A DNA stretch of 64,000 nucleotides from an uncultured Collinsella sp. (GCA_902490405.1 CABUDS010000010.1:142-64141); one strand, 5' to 3'; shown: positions 9,446 through 18,163, counted from the stretch's first letter. Numbers and translations: made by a program. The notes: a model not told the origin generated them from the letters alone.

Positions 9446-9474
9446 TGTGACAAAGGGACAGTCCCTTTGTCACA
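9446..9474. repeat. perfect 14+1+14 palindrome TGTGACAAAGGGAC-A-GTCCCTTTGTCACA (J2)
   Basis: Read directly from the sequence. It abuts the stop codon (9475-9477) of the HAD gene. Confidence 0.85.
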
Positions 9475-10338
9475 TTATTCAATGATGGTGCGGGAGCTCT
9501 GCTTATGCATGGTGGCGAGCATGTGTTTGGGGACGGCGTGGACCATGCAGCTGCCGATAGTTGCGCTCGCAGCAGCCTTAGCTGCATCGCTAGCGTTTTT
9601 GGTCGCATAGCTGTGGCGGAAACGCTTGAGCATGGCGATGTCGTTGCCGCCGTCGCCGTAGACCGCGACCTCGTCCTCGGCAATACCGTAGTAGCCCGCC
9701 AGCCAGGCCACACTCTCGCCCTTGTTGCACGCCACGTCCGTGATCTCGAACATCACCGGATCGAACGGCGCGTTGACCACATGGTCCGAGCGTTCGGCAA
9801 GATAGGCCTTAAGGTCACGCTCCAGCTCGGGCGAGGTCACGCGACAATTGATCTTGCATACATCGTGGCGCAGGATGTCACCGATCGACTGGTCGAAATA
9901 CTGCTCCTCGTGATACCCACCGCGCGCACGCATGCCGCGCATCACAATACGCTTGATGGGGCTGTCCTTTTTAAAGCCCGCCTGATGCATCTCGAACGAA
10001 CCGCTCGAGTACATGCCATCGGGCGTGGAACAATCAAAGCAAATGTCCGGGAACGCCTTGAGCAGTTCCTCAGTGACCTGCGGATCGATGGTCCAAGTCT
10101 TGAGCACCTCGCCGTGGCTGTCGCGCACGATGGACCCGTTGGAGCAGCAGGCGTCAAGCGCCAGGCCCGTAAAGCCATGCTCGCCGATTGGCAACGTCGA
10201 GCGCCCGGTCGCGGGAACCACATGCAGGCCAGCCTCGGTCAGCTCGCGAATGGCACGGCGGATGGTCCCATCCGCCTCATGCAGGGCGTTCAGCAGCGTT
10301 CCGTCTAAGTCACTCGCGAACATCTTGATCATGGACAT
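9475..10338 (-). CDS. Cof-type HAD-IIB family hydrolase (sugar-phosphatase-like)
   Basis: Motif I DLDGTLL, PATGRS and GDGGNDIAM are present. I moved the start to the internal ATG at 10338, which follows GAAGGAGAGG. Confidence 0.85.
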   Translation of the reverse strand: MSMIKMFASDLDGTLLNALHEADGTIRRAIRELTEAGLHVVPATGRSTLPIGEHGFTGLALDACCSNGSIVRDSHGEVLKTWTIDPQVTEELLKAFPDICFDCSTPDGMYSSGSFEMHQAGFKKDSPIKRIVMRGMRARGGYHEEQYFDQSIGDILRHDVCKINCRVTSPELERDLKAYLAERSDHVVNAPFDPVMFEITDVACNKGESVAWLAGYYGIAEDEVAVYGDGGNDIAMLKRFRHSYATKNASDAAKAAASATIGSCMVHAVPKHMLATMHKQSSRTIIE

Positions 10339-10383
10339 GCCTCTCCTTCGTCTGCCCGATATTGTAGACGAAGGAGAGGCATG
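10336..10383 (-). promoter_or_regulatory. 18-bp perfect hairpin that pairs the HAD gene's RBS and start codon
   Basis: catgcctctccttcgtct (10336-10353) is the exact reverse complement of agacgaaggagaggcatg (10366-10383), with a 12-nt loop. No U-tract follows. Confidence 0.5.
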
Positions 10384-10447
10384 TCCAAACAATGCCGTCC
10401 CGGCGCGGCGTACCACCGCCTTCACAAATTCACGGTGCCCCAGCGCG

Positions 10448-11710
10448 TTAAGACAATCGCCGCAATCGATTTTTCAGCCGATAAAACAGAGCCGTCGTCA
10501 ACGTCAGCACCGCCAACATGGCTGCGAATACAATCGCCGGTGTCCATCGATCATATGCAACCCCGTACGTCAATTGGCCGATAGGTATTGCGCAGGAAAG
10601 GACCATGTAAACGACCGAAAGCACTTTTCCGCAGAGCTCAGTCGGCGCTGCCCGCTGAACAAACGCGATAATTTCAACCGACGCAATGCTCGCCCACACC
10701 ATGACCCATGCCGAACCAACCACAAACACGGTGAGCATGCATGCATCTGCGCCGAACAGTAGCGTGACAATGATCGGTGCGACTCCAAAACAGATCATCG
10801 CAACATATCGACATATGCCATTGAAAGAAAAACGATGCGGCCAAATGCCGACCAAGCCACTGCCGGCAAGACCACCCAAGCCCATAGCCACCTCAACTAT
10901 CCCAACGCAGGACGATTGCATGCCGAGATGCTTTGTAACAATAATGGGAGCGCCAATCATTAGCCCAACCAACGCAAGGTTCAAAACTGCCGCAAGCAAA
11001 ATCACAGCGACCAATAATGCATTTTGCAACAGATACCGAATCGACTCCCGAAAATCGTTTCGGCATGTCGTACGAGTCGCGCCGTCTCCCATCGTTTCAA
11101 ATGAGGCATTTTGCTTGAGCGCGCCCCCAAACAAGAGAGCTGAAATCGCAAACGCCACCGACGCGGTTGTGCAAAGAGCATCGATGCCAAAGTACCCATA
11201 GACTGCCGTCCCGACCACAGGGCCCAAGATATTGCTCACCATGGTCATCTGCGAAACCAATGCAGTGGCCCGCTCAACCTTCTCTTCACCCGCCATGCGC
11301 ACCGTCTCAATTTGGAGCATTGGCTTCAGCAGCGATTGAGAACCATATTGAACACAAAGTATCGCTACTACGACGACCGCAAGAGGCAATGAGTGCTTCA
11401 TGGGGATAGACAGCAGTGATGCAGTCATCAGAGCAATGCCGAGGGACACGAGGACCTCGCGATGTCTTCCCCTATCCGCCAAGATTCCGCCAACCGGAGT
11501 TGCAAGTACGCCGGGTATGAACGCTATCGCCGCGACGACGCCATATAACGTTGACGATCCACTGCGATCGAACAAGTAAAGTGGATACGCAAAGCACAGC
11601 GCCGAAAGCATCGAATACGTGCACAGCTGCGCAACCAGAAGTTCCGCGAGCCTGATTGACCGCACTGTTTTTGATTTCAACGAGACACCGACGTCTCTCA
11701 GCCCAGCCAT
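10448..11710 (-). CDS. MFS transporter
   Basis: About 420 aa with multiple TM helices throughout. Start moved to the ATG at 11710 behind GGGGGTGG. Confidence 0.85.
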   Translation of the reverse strand: MAGLRDVGVSLKSKTVRSIRLAELLVAQLCTYSMLSALCFAYPLYLFDRSGSSTLYGVVAAIAFIPGVLATPVGGILADRGRHREVLVSLGIALMTASLLSIPMKHSLPLAVVVVAILCVQYGSQSLLKPMLQIETVRMAGEEKVERATALVSQMTMVSNILGPVVGTAVYGYFGIDALCTTASVAFAISALLFGGALKQNASFETMGDGATRTTCRNDFRESIRYLLQNALLVAVILLAAVLNLALVGLMIGAPIIVTKHLGMQSSCVGIVEVAMGLGGLAGSGLVGIWPHRFSFNGICRYVAMICFGVAPIIVTLLFGADACMLTVFVVGSAWVMVWASIASVEIIAFVQRAAPTELCGKVLSVVYMVLSCAIPIGQLTYGVAYDRWTPAIVFAAMLAVLTLTTALFYRLKNRLRRLS

Positions 11711-11723
11711 AAGCCCACCCCCT

Positions 11724-11744
11724 ATACATACCACTAGTATGTAT
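11724..11744. promoter_or_regulatory. palindrome ATACATAC-n5-GTATGTAT, candidate TetR operator in front of the MFS gene
   Basis: 8-bp perfect arms, 14 nt upstream of the MFS start and downstream of the adjacent TetR gene. Confidence 0.35.
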
Positions 11745-11810
11745 TTAATGACTTGAAAAGGGCAGCCGTGGCTACCCTCACAAATCAATTACATACCGTT
11801 GGTATCTATA

Positions 11811-12473
11811 TTACCACCCGGCGCGGTCCCATACGCCCCAAATCTGCGCCGTTGTCTGAAGCACTTCATTACCCAAATCGAGCCCCACCGCGGCAGCCAT
11901 CTGCGCCAAACATTGTGCGCGAGCGAGCATTCGCTCCTTGGGCTCGAGCGGACGGAACAATGGCAGCAGCCAAAGATTCGCCAACAACGATACGGCCTCC
12001 GCCGCTTCGCGCGGGCATTCGCACGCAATGGAGCCGTCGGCGATGCCCTCCTCGATCACTGGCAAGAGACAGCCATCGGCCGACTCGTCAAATGAGCCCT
12101 GGTACTGCATCGCCAGTAGGCGCGAGCTTTTTACCGGATCTGCTGCAGGACGCATACGTGCCCATAGCTCAATTTGTGGAATAACGGACTCGGGAGCGTA
12201 CAGTCGCTTGAGCTTTTGGGCTCCGGTCATATTACCGACGCCAAGCATCGAGCGGCGGTGCTCAACAATCGGAGTCATCGCCCGATCAAACGCGGCGTTG
12301 AAAATCTCTTCTTTGCTCTTGAAGTGATGATAGACAGCGCCCTTGGTCATGCCGTCGAGACGGTCAACGATATCTTGAATACTCGTCCCCTCATAACCCT
12401 GTGCGCAGAATAGCTCCAGTGCCGCGTCGAGAATCTTCGCGACCGTCTCCTCGGGATATTTATTGCGACCCAT
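11811..12473 (-). CDS. TetR/AcrR-family transcriptional regulator
   Basis: HTH AKILDAALELFCAQGYEGTSIQDIVDRLDGMTKGAVYHHFKSKEEIF. Start taken at MGRNKY (12473). Confidence 0.85.
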   Translation of the reverse strand: MGRNKYPEETVAKILDAALELFCAQGYEGTSIQDIVDRLDGMTKGAVYHHFKSKEEIFNAAFDRAMTPIVEHRRSMLGVGNMTGAQKLKRLYAPESVIPQIELWARMRPAADPVKSSRLLAMQYQGSFDESADGCLLPVIEEGIADGSIACECPREAAEAVSLLANLWLLPLFRPLEPKERMLARAQCLAQMAAAVGLDLGNEVLQTTAQIWGVWDRAGW

Positions 12474-12480
12474 AATCCGC

Positions 12481-12534
12481 CCATCCGCAACGCAAGCCTT
12501 GTGCCTCATTGCAGCATTTTAACGTTGCGGATGG
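12481..12534 (-). other. 12-bp inverted repeat between glnK and the TetR gene (terminator or RBS-masking hairpin)
   Basis: ccatccgcaacg (12481-12492) pairs with cgttgcggatgg (12523-12534). The promoter-distal arm ends 7 nt before the TetR ATG and overlaps its purine-rich SD region. Confidence 0.35.
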
Positions 12535-12547
12535 CAGACGGTCGATT

Positions 12548-12886
12548 CTACACCGCGGCGGGGCCATGTTCGCCGGTGCGAATGCGGATGACTTCCTCGA
12601 CCGGCTCGACCCAGATCTTGCCGTCGCCGACGGCGCCGGTGCGGGCGGCATTGCAGATGATGTCGACAATTCCGTCGACATGTTCATCGGCGCAGATGAG
12701 GGTGAACTGCACCTTAGGGATCGTGTTGACAAGCAACTCGTTGCCGCGCACGTATTCCTTCCAGCCATGCTGCGCGCCGCAGCCCTGCACCTGGTTGATG
12801 GTCATGCCGCGAACATCGGCAGCAAACAGCGCGTCTTTGAGAACCTCAAGTTTTTCCTGACGGACGATCGCCGTGATCTTCTTCAT
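12548..12886 (-). CDS. glnK: P-II nitrogen regulatory protein
   Basis: 112 aa. MKKITAIVRQEKLEVLKDAL... is the P-II fold signature. Immediately downstream of an ammonium transporter gene. Confidence 0.9.
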   Translation of the reverse strand: MKKITAIVRQEKLEVLKDALFAADVRGMTINQVQGCGAQHGWKEYVRGNELLVNTIPKVQFTLICADEHVDGIVDIICNAARTGAVGDGKIWVEPVEEVIRIRTGEHGPAAV

Positions 12887-12938
12887 AGTGAATTCCTCTC
12901 TTTAGTAAAGAAATGAATTGCCATTCAATAACGCGGGT

Positions 12939-13030
12939 TTTCCAAGTGCCCGAGATTGCCCCGAAAGAGGAGCGCCGCGTACTTCGGTACGCAAGCGACG
13001 GTTTGAGGGGCAAGGTCGGGTGCTTGGGAA
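12939..13030. repeat. imperfect nested hairpin with a GCGTAC-TTCG-GTACGC apical tetraloop stem in the amtB-glnK spacer
   Basis: Outer arms of about 24 bp (12939-12962 / 13007-13030, several mismatches). Inner stem is perfect 6 bp with a UUCG loop. Confidence 0.5.
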
Positions 13031-13040
13031 AGCCGCGCTG

Positions 13041-14318
13041 CTAATCGAGTCCGGAGAACGAGGGGTACGCGCTCTCGCCGTGCTGACTCGCATCCAGGCC
13101 CAGTGCCTCGTCGGCCTCGTCCACGCGCAGGCTACCGTGGAACAGCGCCTTGACCACCGCGGCGATCACCAAGTCGAGCATCAGCACAATAACGACCGTC
13201 ACCACAATGCCCAGAACCTGCGAGACAAGCAGCGACACGTCGCCCGTGTAGAACAGGCCGCCCTTACCGGTCCACGAGAGCTCCGGCACGCAGAACAGGC
13301 CCGTGAGCACACCGCCCAAGATGCCGCCGATACCGTGGCAACCGAACGCGTCGAGCGCATCGTCGTAGCCGAACTTGGTCTTAAGATGGCTGATGGCCAG
13401 ATAGCAGACGGGCGATACGATCAGGCCCATGACCAGCGCCGCCCACGGCTCGACAAAGCCCGCACCCGGCGTAACCACCACAAGGCCCGCAACCAAACCG
13501 GTGCTAGCACCCACCAGCGTGGGACGACCGGTGTGCACGCGCTCGACGACAAGCCACGAGACCATGCCCGCCGCGCTGGCCGTCACGGTGTTGAGGATGG
13601 CGAGTGCCGCCACGGCGTCGGCCTTAAACTCGCTGCCGCCGTTAAAGCCAAACCAACCAAACCAAAGTAGACCGGCGCCCAGCGCCACAAACGGCACGTT
13701 ATGCGGACGGTAGCTCACCATGCCAAAGCCGCGACGACGGCCGAGCATTAAGCAGAGAATCAGGCCCGTGAGACCGGACGAAATGTGTACCACGTCGCCG
13801 CCGGCAAAGTCGAGCGCGCCGATGATGTCGCCGATAAAGGAACCATCGCCGCCCCAAACCATGTGGGCGAGCGGCGCATAGACCACGAGCAGCCAAATGC
13901 CCAGGAAGGCCGTCATGGCACCAAACTTAACGCGGCCTGCCAGACTGCCCGTAACGATAGCGGCGGTGATCATGGCAAACGCCATCTGGAAGGCGATGTT
14001 GATGATCTGAGGGTAGACGGCACCATCCGCAGCATTGCCCTCGGCCGCCTGCAGCACCTGGTTGAGCACCGGCAGGCACAGCAACTGGTCAAAGCCGCCA
14101 ATAAACGGGCTAGAACCGTCGCCACCGTAGGCCAGCGACCAGCCGGCAACAATCCACAGCACACCAACCAGGCCAATGGCGCCAAAGCACATAAGCATGG
14201 TGTTGATGACATTTTTGCGCCTGGACAGGCCGCCATAGAAAAACGCCAGACCCGGTGTCATTAAAAACACGAGCATGGTGCAGATGAGCATAAACGTTGT
14301 CGATCCCGTATCGTACAT
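13041..14318 (-). CDS. amtB: ammonium transporter (Amt family)
   Basis: LWFGWFGFNGGS signature and about 11 TM helices. Start moved to the ATG at 14318 after AAGGGGGAG. Confidence 0.9.
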   Translation of the reverse strand: MYDTGSTTFMLICTMLVFLMTPGLAFFYGGLSRRKNVINTMLMCFGAIGLVGVLWIVAGWSLAYGGDGSSPFIGGFDQLLCLPVLNQVLQAAEGNAADGAVYPQIINIAFQMAFAMITAAIVTGSLAGRVKFGAMTAFLGIWLLVVYAPLAHMVWGGDGSFIGDIIGALDFAGGDVVHISSGLTGLILCLMLGRRRGFGMVSYRPHNVPFVALGAGLLWFGWFGFNGGSEFKADAVAALAILNTVTASAAGMVSWLVVERVHTGRPTLVGASTGLVAGLVVVTPGAGFVEPWAALVMGLIVSPVCYLAISHLKTKFGYDDALDAFGCHGIGGILGGVLTGLFCVPELSWTGKGGLFYTGDVSLLVSQVLGIVVTVVIVLMLDLVIAAVVKALFHGSLRVDEADEALGLDASQHGESAYPSFSGLD

Positions 14319-14421
14319 TCGCTCCCCCTTGGTCGCATGAACGTTGTCGGCGCTCATGATGCGGCCGAGGGGCAACTGGTGTAGACCAGATACGGCGTTG
14401 TTAAACGCTGCGTTGTCGAAT

Positions 14422-14488
14422 GGAAACGGCACCGCAATCTTGGAAACGGCGCGGCAACGGACGCGAAACGAACGGGAAACGTGCGAAC
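14422..14488. promoter_or_regulatory. phased G(A/C)AAC repeats upstream of amtB, resembling actinobacterial GlnR boxes
   Basis: GGAAAC (14422), GGAAAC (14442), GCAAC (14454), GAAAC (14465), GAAAC (14476). The last four are spaced exactly 11 nt apart. They lie 105-170 nt upstream of the amtB start. Confidence 0.3.
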
Positions 14489-14516
14489 GAGAAGGGCGCG
14501 CTTGGCTCCGCTCTGG

Positions 14517-15536
14517 CTAGCGCCGGAACAGCTCGCGGGCTCGGTCGCGGAGGTCGGTAGCTCGAATGACACCCTCGTAACGATTGATGCGCAGACGCGG
14601 GAAGGCGTTAAAGAAGCGTAGGTCGCGGCGGCTGAGTGACACGCTCGGTACCGGGCGGCTCATGCGCTTGCCGGCAAGGCGACGACCGAGCGACGGACGC
14701 GGCATACTCGGCGCGGCATCGGCCACGCGGCGGGCAGCGAGCGCCAGGCCGCGAGCACCATCCGAGATAAACGTCGGCATCGAAGTCTTCTCGCGCAGGG
14801 CATCGAGCGCCGCGTCGCCCAGCTCGGCCAGCCAAGCGTTAACGGCGCGACCGCGGATATGCGTCTGCGCCACCGAGTCAATCGCCGAATCGGGAATACG
14901 TTCGAGCATAGAGTCGGAGGCGTCGGCAAGCGACTCATTGATGCGGTCGGCAAGGTCGGCACGCACACGCTCAAGCTGATCGGACAGACGCCGCCAGCTC
15001 GCCAACGAGCACACCGCATCGACCATCATCGCGACCGCGACGATAAAGGCGGCCAAGCGCACGATTAGCACCGGCAGATGGCCAAGCAGCCCCAGCAATG
15101 CCGGCTCCACTAAACGGCAAATACACAACGCACCCAAGCCAAACGCGCAGGCCCAGTACAGGCAGATGCGTCCGTGCAGGTTAAACGGCAGATGCGAGTA
15201 ATCCCAAAACCGGGCACCCGTCGTTTTTTCCAACAGCACGCCCACGCTATATTCGATCACGCTGCATACGAGCGCGGCAGCGACAAACTGGCTCGAGGCG
15301 TCTGGGATTCCACGCAGCAGCAACCAGCACGCAATGCCGCCCGCACCGTAGATGGGACAACACGGCCCTAGCAAAAAGCCGCTGTTGGCAAAGCGTCCGT
15401 GGTTGAGCATGGCGCAGACTGTCGACTCCCATACCCAGCCGCAAAAACCGTAGAAGGCAAACGAGAGTACCAGCGCCGAGAGCGGACAGGCGGCAAGCGT
15501 CGCGCCGTCAAATGCCATGTCGATCGCGGTTCCCAC
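14517..15536 (-). CDS. polytopic membrane protein (putative ABC-transporter type IV / PF06541-like N-terminal domain) with a soluble C-terminal region
   Basis: 339 aa. The N-terminal half is hydrophobic (FYGFCGWVWESTVCAMLNHGRFANSGFLLGPCCPIYG). The family assignment is from memory only. Confidence 0.55.
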   Translation of the reverse strand: MGTAIDMAFDGATLAACPLSALVLSFAFYGFCGWVWESTVCAMLNHGRFANSGFLLGPCCPIYGAGGIACWLLLRGIPDASSQFVAAALVCSVIEYSVGVLLEKTTGARFWDYSHLPFNLHGRICLYWACAFGLGALCICRLVEPALLGLLGHLPVLIVRLAAFIVAVAMMVDAVCSLASWRRLSDQLERVRADLADRINESLADASDSMLERIPDSAIDSVAQTHIRGRAVNAWLAELGDAALDALREKTSMPTFISDGARGLALAARRVADAAPSMPRPSLGRRLAGKRMSRPVPSVSLSRRDLRFFNAFPRLRINRYEGVIRATDLRDRARELFRR

Positions 15537-15539
15537 CGT

Positions 15540-16097
15540 CTACCCACTCCTCTTTTCGTTCGATTCTTTGCTCGAGCCGTCACTCGGGCCCTCGTTCAAA
15601 TCGTTCGCGCCGCCTTTGCGCGGCAGACGGCCGGCAATCGTCTCGCGCAGTGCGCACCATTTATCCGCCAGGCACACAATCCATGCCTCACGACACGTCG
15701 GCGGCACCGGTACCAGCGGAAACATATGCCGTACGATAATATTCCGCTCGCGCGGCGTCAGCTCAAAATCTTCCTCCGCACGCGCCAAGGCAAAAAACGG
15801 GTGACGAAAGCCATGCAGTCGATGGCTTGGGTCGGGATCGTGCCAGTCATAGAGAAAGTAATCGTGCAGCAGGGCCCCGCGCAGCAGCGATAAGCGGTCG
15901 ACGGAGATACCGACGCGGCCCAGGCGCTCGGCAAAGGACAGACTTGCCCGCGCTACCGAGGTCACATGCGTATAGACCGTCACATCGCCATGTTGGATAA
16001 ACTCATGCATCAGGTCCAAGCGGCCCGCCTGGGCAAGCTGACGGGCGGCATCGTCGACCTCGCGCGCGATTTTCTCGGCACGAACGGTATCGGACAT
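15540..16097 (-). CDS. HD-domain phosphohydrolase
   Basis: 185 aa with H...HD (LLHDYFLYDWH) metal motifs and a GGAAGGAGG RBS. Confidence 0.8.
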   Translation of the reverse strand: MSDTVRAEKIAREVDDAARQLAQAGRLDLMHEFIQHGDVTVYTHVTSVARASLSFAERLGRVGISVDRLSLLRGALLHDYFLYDWHDPDPSHRLHGFRHPFFALARAEEDFELTPRERNIIVRHMFPLVPVPPTCREAWIVCLADKWCALRETIAGRLPRKGGANDLNEGPSDGSSKESNEKRSG

Positions 16098-16325
16098 GCG
16101 GCCTCCTTCCGGCGGCGCTCGGCGGCAAGCCGCGGCCTGCGCGCAATGAATAAAATCATCATCGAATTTACCAGTATGGCATCGGACAAAACGTTTTGCC
16201 CCACCAGTTGGCGAATTACCGCGCCGCCGTCACATATCAAACGCCAAAATGTGCGAGACTGTCTTGTGCAATTGTGCCGGCCGAGGGAGTGCCGGCGCAC
16301 GATTCGCATGGAGTAACCCACAACG

Positions 16326-18107
16326 ATGCTGCTTACGCAAACGACAACGCCCGAGGACGTCAAGGCTCTCGATCGCGCCGAGCTTCCGCTGCTCTGCGGC
16401 GAGATCCGCCACGCCATCCTCGAAAGCTCCGCCGCCGTCGGCGGGCACGTTGCCCCCAACCTGGGCGTCGTTGAGCTTACGGTTGCGCTCCATCGCGTGT
16501 TTAACTCCCCCATCGACAAGATTGTCTTTGATGTTTCGCACCAGACCTACGCCCACAAGGCGCTGACTGGGCGCGCGTACACTTATATCGACCCGGCACG
16601 CTACGGCGAGGCCTCTGGTTTTGCCAATCCTGACGAGTCCGAGCACGACCTGTTCGCCATGGGCCACACCTCCACGTCGGTGAGCCTGGGCTGCGGCTTG
16701 GCGCACGCTCGTGACCTGGCGGGCGATGCGTACAACGTCATCACCATCATTGGCGACGGTTCGCTTTCGGGCGGTCTGGCGTTTGAGGGCTTTAACAATG
16801 CCGCCGAGCTCGACAGCAACCTGATCATCATCGTCAACGATAACGACCAGTCCATCGCCGAAAACCACGGTGGCCTGTATCGCAATCTGGCCGAGCTACG
16901 CGCCAGCAACGGCACCTGTGAGCGCAACGTTTTCCGCGCGATGGGGCTCGACTACTGCTATCTGGACACCGGCAACGATGTGTTGGCCCTGGTCGACACG
17001 CTGCAGGAGCTGCGCGATATCGATCATCCCATCGTGCTGCACGTCTCCACCGCAAAGGGCAAGGGCTTTGAGCCAGCCCAGAGCGACCCCGAGCGCTGGC
17101 ATCATGTGGGTCCGTTTGACATGGCGACTGGGCGCAAGCTCTGCCCGGGCCATCCGAGCGAGCCTGCGCCGCGCACCTATGCCGACATTACGGGCGAGGC
17201 GCTCAGCGCCGCCATCGAGCACGATCCGCAGGTCGTGGGCATCACGGCCGCCACGCCCTACATCATGGGCTTTACACCCGAGCTTCGCGCCGCCGCCGGC
17301 AAACAGTTCGTCGATGTGGGCATTGCCGAGGAGCACGCCGTGACCTTTGCCACCGCGCTTGCGCGCTCGGGTGCCAAGCCAGTCTTTGGTGTGTACGGCA
17401 CGTTTTTGCAGCGCGCCTACGACGAGCTGTGGCACGACCTGTGCCTCAACGATGTCCCCGCAACCATCCTGGTGTTTGGCGCATCGATCTTTGGCACCAC
17501 ATCCGAGACGCATCTTTCGTTCTTTGATATTTCTATGCTGGGCGCTCTCCCCAATATGCGTTACCTGGCGCCTTCCTGCATGGAGGAATACCTATCCATG
17601 CTGAGCTGGTCGCTCGACCACCGCGAGCATCCCGTGGCGATTCGCGTGCCGGGCATTGGCTTGGTAAGCCGCCCCGATCTTGCGCCTGCCGAGGACGCCG
17701 ATTACGGCGCCGTTCGTTACAACGTGGTGTGCCAGGGTCGCGACGTGGCCGTGCTCGCGCTTGGCGATTTCTTTGAGCTGGGCGAGCGCGTGGCAAACCG
17801 TCTGACTGCCGAGTACGGCATCGAGGCCACGCTCGTCAACCCGCGCTATGCAACCGAGCTCGACCGCGAGTTCCTCGACAGCCTTGCCGCCAAGCATCGC
17901 GTTGTCGTCACCCTCGAAGACGGCATCTTGGACGGCGGCTGGGGCGAGCGCGTCGCGTGCTACTTGGCCTGCACGCCCGTGCGCACGCGCACCTTTGGCA
18001 TCGCCAAGGGCTTCCCCGACCGCTACGACCCCAACGAGTTGCTCGCTCAGAACGGCATGACGGCCGAGAACATGGCCGCCGAAGCCGTTAGGCTACTTAA
18101 CGAGTAA
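16326..18107 (+). CDS. dxs: 1-deoxy-D-xylulose-5-phosphate synthase (transketolase-like)
   Basis: 593 aa. VELTVALHRVF...DVSHQTYAHKALTGR and the TPP motif IIGDGSLSGGLAFEGFNN. Confidence 0.85.
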   Translation: MLLTQTTTPEDVKALDRAELPLLCGEIRHAILESSAAVGGHVAPNLGVVELTVALHRVFNSPIDKIVFDVSHQTYAHKALTGRAYTYIDPARYGEASGFANPDESEHDLFAMGHTSTSVSLGCGLAHARDLAGDAYNVITIIGDGSLSGGLAFEGFNNAAELDSNLIIIVNDNDQSIAENHGGLYRNLAELRASNGTCERNVFRAMGLDYCYLDTGNDVLALVDTLQELRDIDHPIVLHVSTAKGKGFEPAQSDPERWHHVGPFDMATGRKLCPGHPSEPAPRTYADITGEALSAAIEHDPQVVGITAATPYIMGFTPELRAAAGKQFVDVGIAEEHAVTFATALARSGAKPVFGVYGTFLQRAYDELWHDLCLNDVPATILVFGASIFGTTSETHLSFFDISMLGALPNMRYLAPSCMEEYLSMLSWSLDHREHPVAIRVPGIGLVSRPDLAPAEDADYGAVRYNVVCQGRDVAVLALGDFFELGERVANRLTAEYGIEATLVNPRYATELDREFLDSLAAKHRVVVTLEDGILDGGWGERVACYLACTPVRTRTFGIAKGFPDRYDPNELLAQNGMTAENMAAEAVRLLNE

Positions 18108-18150
18108 AAAACCTCCGCAAGGGAAGCACCCCTGCGGAGGTTTTTATTTT
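18106..18150 (+). terminator. rho-independent (bidirectional-looking) terminator after dxs
   Basis: AAAAAA-CCTCCGCA-loop-TGCGGAGG-TTTTTATTTT. Confidence 0.8.
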
Positions 18151-18163
18151 CGCGGCGCGATTA

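Noticed and set aside
10381-10584. 67-aa plus-strand ORF with a perfect GAAGGAGAGG RBS.
   Set aside because: The RBS and ATG are the mirror image produced by the 18-bp palindrome at 10336-10383. The ORF runs antisense through the 3' end of the MFS gene and has no recognisable features.
16098-16325. Looked for a TPP riboswitch upstream of dxs, and for a lysine riboswitch or T-box upstream of the aspartate kinase (47526-47629).
   Set aside because: I could not find the conserved CUGAGA...ACCUGAUCUGGAUAAUGCCAGCG core. The ask/thrC divergent spacer is only about 100 nt, too short for those leaders.
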